NCBI GenBank assembly: GCA_964016885.1
Contig: OZ024742.1
Coordinates: 319,672,001 to 319,736,000 of the forward strand
Direction: 5' to 3'
Length of the DNA stretch: 64,000 bases
DNA from: Eledone cirrhosa
Lineage: Eukaryota
Below the pieces are notes generated by a model. That model saw nothing but the letters and a program-made list of their open reading frames with translations. It was not told the origin of the DNA and did not search any database. Made by a program: the position numbers and the translations under genes. The first letter of the stretch is position 1. The number at the start of each line of letters is the position of its first letter. Positions 59,101 through 64,000 of this stretch are shown piece after piece.

Positions 59101-59640
59101 GAGGCAGACCACCTACCATTACCTCAATGGCCAAGAAAACCCACACAGATAGATGGAACGGGTGGACCAGAGCCATACGGACACCCGAAAACCACGATGA
59201 ACTGAAGAAAATGATTGCACATGCGGTAGGGGCCAGCATAAAACTAACCCTTAAGGAACATATGTTCAAATTTAATGGAAAAACATATGCCCAAGAGGAA
59301 GGAGCAGCCATTGGTGTTAGCATTGCAGGCGACATAGCTAACTTATTCATGGTATGGTGGGACAGTAGACTTAAACTTAAACTCAAAGAACAATTAGAAG
59401 ACCCCTAAACCCTGATAATGTACTCCCGCTACGTTGACGATATAAACATCGTAGTTAAGACACCCCCACTAGAGAACAGTCAGGAACTAGAGAAAAACAT
59501 AATGGAAAGCATCCAGCAAATAGCTAACTCCATCCACCAGAGTATTAGAGTTACTATAGACTACCCAAGTAAACACCCCAACCATCGATTACCTGTACTA
59601 GACACAGAGCTCTGGTTAGATACCATTAATAACAAAAAAC

Positions 59641-59821
59641 GGTGGATTGGCAGTATCGGTAGAGGGTCGGACGCCATGCTTTCCAGTATAGTTACGTCCC
59701 TTTACGATCTGAGTTCAAATCCCGCCGAGGTTGACTTTGCCTTTCATCCTTACGGGGTCGATAAAATAAAGTACCAGTAATGCACTGGGTAATTGCTGGC
59801 CTTGTGCCTAAAGTAGAAACA
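59641..59821 (+). mobile_element. Meta-core tRNA SINE with 16 bp target-site duplication
   Basis: ATTAATAACAAAAAAC at 59625-59640 and 59822-59837; empty site in the inverted copy near 57236-57251. Confidence 0.95.
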
Positions 59822-60961
59822 ATTAATAACAAAAAACAAATCCTCCATTCCCATTATGCCAAACCCATGACTTCCAAACATCTGATCCACCGAAACTCGG
59901 CTGTTTCGGACCATACCAAAATCAACATACTGATTGCGGATTTGGTACGGGTGATGAGAAACGTGTCCCGCATGTGCAACCCCGAAGAACTAGAGAGACA
60001 CATACAACACTTCATCCACCGTATGCAGTTCTCTGGTTACAATCAGAGATAGAATCAGAGTGTATAGAGGAGCCAGAACCAAATGGGAAAAAATGGTAAA
60101 TAATGACACAAATGGGACCTGCCCCTTGTATAGGAGCAAATTTTGGAATAGAATAGAAAGAACTAGGAATAAGGCTAATAGAATAAACTCATGGTATGAT
60201 AGCAATAAATACCAGAGTGTAATGTTCATCGATACAACCCCTAGAGGTGAATTAGCTTACAAATTTAGAAGGGCCCTAGATATACATAAACTCAATATTA
60301 AGATAGTAGAAAGACCAGGTACCTCCGTAAAAACACTTATTAGCAAGACATACCCTTTCCAAAGACCCCCCCCCCCTGTATAGATAAGAAATGTATAACC
60401 TGTAAAATAAGCCCCCATATTAACTGTAAAACTAGAAATGTAGAGTATAGCATAAGATGTACTGAAGGACAATGTAGAGACAAAAATATAGTGTACATAG
60501 GTGAGACAGCTCGTAGTATAGGGGAACGGATAAATGAACACTGGCGAGACCTTCAAGATAGTAAAGAATCATCTGTACTCTACCAACATGGTAAGATAGA
60601 ACACAAGGGTAAATTAGAGAACATAGAAATAAAAATAGAATCTACACACAGAAAAGACGCAATGTTTAGACAAATCACAGAGGCAATAAACATAAAAGAA
60701 TTACAACCAAAATTAAATAGAAAATATGAGTGGAACAGCAACATCACAATTTACAATTAAGGACAAAATGAAAACACACACACACATAGAACAAACAACC
60801 AACCGGTAACATGTAAATAAACAAATAAATAAACAAATATAAACACACACAGACACCTGGATGTGGCGTATGCGCAGACTGAGCACACAACACACACACA
60901 GAAACAAAATGGCGTAGGACAGAACAAAGGAGAGGCACAAAAACAAAGAAAAGAATCCCCA

Positions 60962-61004
60962 GTCACTGAAGAGGTCACAGAATGTGTGACGAAAGAACTT
61001 TGAC
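60962..61004 (+). ncRNA. Minimal type I hammerhead ribozyme in PLE 3' end
   Basis: GTCA CTGAAGA G GTCACA-GAATG-TGTGAC GAAA GAAC TT TGAC: stem I GTCA/TGAC, 6 bp stem II, very short stem III, CUU site. Confidence 0.75.
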
Positions 61005-61150
61005 AATATATAAACAACTATCTGGTTGTGGAACCAACCAACCAACCAGAAATTTGTAAATTCCTAAATTTATAAATTTATTATAATAAATTGAAGTGAA
61101 AGCAACTGGTGCGTGTGTTTCTTATTGGCAACATGACCCTCCCAAAGTAT

Positions 61151-61190
<40 letters not shown>

Positions 61191-61997
61191 CAGAGAGCGA
61201 GAGAGAAGATGGTGGAATTATTACAGAGGTGGTGGCATTACTTTTTAAAAACATTTTATTTATTCACCTTTTTACACATCTTTCGTTGCACCAGTTGCGT
61301 AGCTGTCCCACCATTTTACTGGGACGGGACTATAAGTTTAAGCTGTTCGATTTCAGTGCACTGGACAGAAATTTGCATGTATAATGCAGCTTTTCAGAAA
61401 GAAATATGAAGGTTTCGTTCAGTCAATGTATATTTGTATATTTCGGCATTGATGAATTTGTGGGCGGGTATTGTGCTAGAGGGAAATAAATGAATCGAAT
61501 TGACCAATGAACGTGCTAGATTTAGAAAATTTGTAGCAGGAGAGTTACTGATAGTGTTCGAACAAATCAACATTTGACAGGGAAATCATAGGACATAGGG
61601 AAACACAGGCAATAGCAACTACCTCAACACCAATATCCCCGATCCCACCTAATACTAGAACACCACCTTGTAGCAAACATGACATAAGAGGCTGTAAGTG
61701 TAGGCAACCCGAGAGCTTCCCTCTGGGGAGTATGTGCCTATACAACAAAATTGTAGATGAAAGTAAGATAACATCCATTAGCGGCACATATAACTACATC
61801 AATGCGACAACGACCAATTCAAAAGGCCTCTAAGTCCATACGCATTCATCCCAAAACGCAAACCTGTACAAAACAACTGCCTTAGCGAGAAAATAATGGG
61901 ATTTGACAAGGAACAACACGGAATATCAAATATCATGGTCTATAATAATATTTGCAAAACCCTATAAGGGTGGAGGCAGGGAAAGTACTGGCGATCA

Positions 61998-62133
61998 TAC
62001 TACCCAAAGTATCGAGTACTCTGGTGCGTTATGGTCCACTTGGTTCCTTACCACACTTCCTTCGTTCTCTACTACCCTAACTATTGAATACTCTGGTCCA
62101 TCTGGTTCCTTACCACACCTCTTTCGTTATGTG

Positions 62134-62196
<63 letters not shown>

Positions 62197-63742
62197 TAAA
62201 ATAACAGATTAAAGTTTAAGCAAAGAATCGCTGCTTTCACCCTTAACGGGATCTTCTGAAACTAACAAAGTCAATATGTGAACGCAGAAGTGAATATTTC
62301 AAAAACGTTGCAGCCGGAGGAAGACAGGAAGACGATACTTTGGTTCGTGGAAACGTTCCCTGGCAAAGAACGGGAAAAAAACGAATATAATACGTCATTA
62401 ATAGGAGCGGTGAAAAACAATTATGCGCAAAGACAGAACCACGTTTATGGTATAAAAGAGGTCGTAGACTAATGTTCTCTTAGGTGGTTCATAGAGACGT
62501 TCTCTGGCATTGAACGGAAAAAACGAAGATAATACGTCATATGTGGAGCGTGGAGAACAATTGCACGCAAAGACAAAACCACGTAAATGGTATAGCTGAA
62601 GTCGTAGACTAAAATTCTAACTAGGAAACCGAATACCATTACTTATTTGCACAGGTAAGTGTATATTACCTGTATGTTTTGTGAAGGTACGTATATTTTC
62701 TCGTACGTATATTGAATGTATATGTTATGGCGTATAATTTTTTATATATTCTGGTACATATGGTTTGGTTATGTGTATACGGGAGTTTTGCGTCTGTGTG
62801 AGTATGCAGGTTCGTACGTTGTAGGGTGTGTGTATATGTGTACTTCATGTTTTGGCTGACTTACGTCTCCGAACATTTGTGTATTTACATGTAGGTATGT
62901 GTGTGTGCTTGTTTTATACGTATTTATTTATTTATATACGTTTATTTAATTATTTATTTATTTGTATACACGCATACACACACACACATATTTATATGTG
63001 CGTGGTTTTGTATACCCATGGCAAGTGTTTTCGCGTATGCTTGTGTATGTACGTATTTGCATGCGTGTATGTATTTATTTAATTTCTATTACCTCTGTAT
63101 TGTATTTTATTTACTTTATTCTTAACTCTGAAGCGGAGATTCATTCGGTTTGCTAGTTAGAATTTTAGTCTACGACTTCAGCTATACCATTTACGTGGTT
63201 TTGTCTTTGCGTGCAATTGTTCTCCACGCTCCACATATGACGTATTATCTTCGTTTTTTCCGTTCAATGCCAGAGAACGTCTCTATGAACCACCTAAGAG
63301 AACATTAGTCTACGACCTCTTTTATACCATAAACGTGGTTCTGTCTTTGCGCGTAATTGTTTTTCACCGCTCCTATTAATGACGTATTATATTCGTTTTT
63401 TTCCCGTTCTTTGCCAGGGAACGTTTCCACGAACCAAAGTATCGTCTTCCTGTCTTCCTCCGGCTGCAGCGTTTTTTGAAATATCCACTTCTGCGTTTAC
63501 AGATTGACTTTGTTAGTTTCAGAAGATCCCGTTAAGGGTGAAAGCAGCGATTCTTTGCTTAAACTTTAATCTGTTATTTTAATAAATATATATATATATT
63601 TATATACAAATAACGAAAGAGGTGTGGTAAGGAACCAGATGGACCAGAGTATTCAATAGTTAGGGTAGTAGAGAACGAAGGAAGTGTGGTAAGGAACCAG
63701 GTGGACCATAACGCACCAGAGTACTCGATACTTTGGGTAGTA
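61998..63742. repeat. Inverted duplication 61998-62634 / 63143-63742; each arm has two tandem units of about 140 bp
   Basis: Near-identical reverse complements around a TG-rich spacer of about 510 bp. Confidence 0.95.
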
Positions 63743-64000
63743 GAATGGGTAATAGGAAAAGGGTCAGGACCCCGACGGCAGAGCTCAAGCCGTTTCGACG
63801 GCTATTTCTGAACTAAATTAAATTTTTAGCGTGGTAATGATATAGCCGAACTTTTCAAGGGGTAATTCCATATATGGGCATGCGATAATCAGGCATTTCT
63901 GAAGGTTGTAGTTGTCAAAAGGAGTGGTCGAAGTTTCTTGTAAACACAGTTAAATCTTTCAAGGCGATGGGTAAAGTGGGGGTGGCTGAACTAGCCTGTA
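63605..64000 (-). mobile_element. Penelope-like family C 3' end; continues beyond the window
   Basis: Reverse complement homologous to 24580-24885. Confidence 0.85.
63769..63863 (-). ncRNA. Type I hammerhead ribozyme, U3-A8 core variant
   Basis: ACCCC TTGAAAA G TT CGGCTAT...ATAGCCG T C GAAA CGGC TTGAGCTCT GCCG TC GGGGT. Confidence 0.8.

Larger units (their letters stand above)
57386..61050 (+). mobile_element. Near full-length, inactivated Penelope-like element family A (RT and C-terminal GIY-YIG; possibly Naiad clade)
   Basis: LLLPPKFA, PTDKSG, LYGLRKDHK, TRPVCGA, GSMNVVSLYPSID, GAAIGV, RYVDD, LPVLD, Cys-rich linker, VYIGETARS..ERINEH; TAA at 59406, SINE insertion, frameshifts. Confidence 0.93.
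55033..62002. repeat. Inverted duplication 55033-57342 / 59534-62002
   Basis: Near-identical reverse complements; mirrored ORFs (56314/60491, 56029/60713, 55259/61545). Confidence 0.97.

Noticed and set aside
59406-59408. In-frame stop in the PLE RT as selenocysteine or programmed readthrough
   Set aside because: The codon is TAA and the element has several other lesions.
59641-59730. tRNA gene (also 35234, 48161, 25105)
   Set aside because: A/B boxes belong to SINE heads; no complete cloverleaf.

Overview
AT-rich, microsatellite-dense eukaryotic DNA. The C2H2 zinc-finger arrays, Meta-core SINEs, RTE tails ending in (GAT)n and Tx1/Penelope LINEs suggest a coleoid cephalopod such as Octopus; this is inference, with no database check. 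1-17 kb holds two copies of a segmental duplication, each with CRE-clade retrotransposon relics and a disrupted C2H2 zinc-finger array. 17-53 kb is a nested mix of RTE, Tx1, R4/Dong, hAT, Helitron, MITE and SINE pieces. It includes a young Tx1/L1 family whose 7-8 copies sit in (TATC)n, one with an open ORF of about 940 aa. 53-64 kb is a chain of inverted duplications built from at least three Penelope-like element (PLE) families. The signal not visible in the ORF track is a set of hammerhead ribozyme (HHR) folds in PLE 3' ends: a minimal HHR (60962-61004, inverted twin 56070-56112), a U3-A8 core-variant HHR with extended stem II in two independent copies (24698-24791, 63769-63863), a palindrome of two back-to-back HHRs (35454-35641) and degenerate HHRs with very large stem II inserts. 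No intact host gene is confidently supported; most listed ORFs are microsatellite artefacts. All alignments and folds were done by eye.
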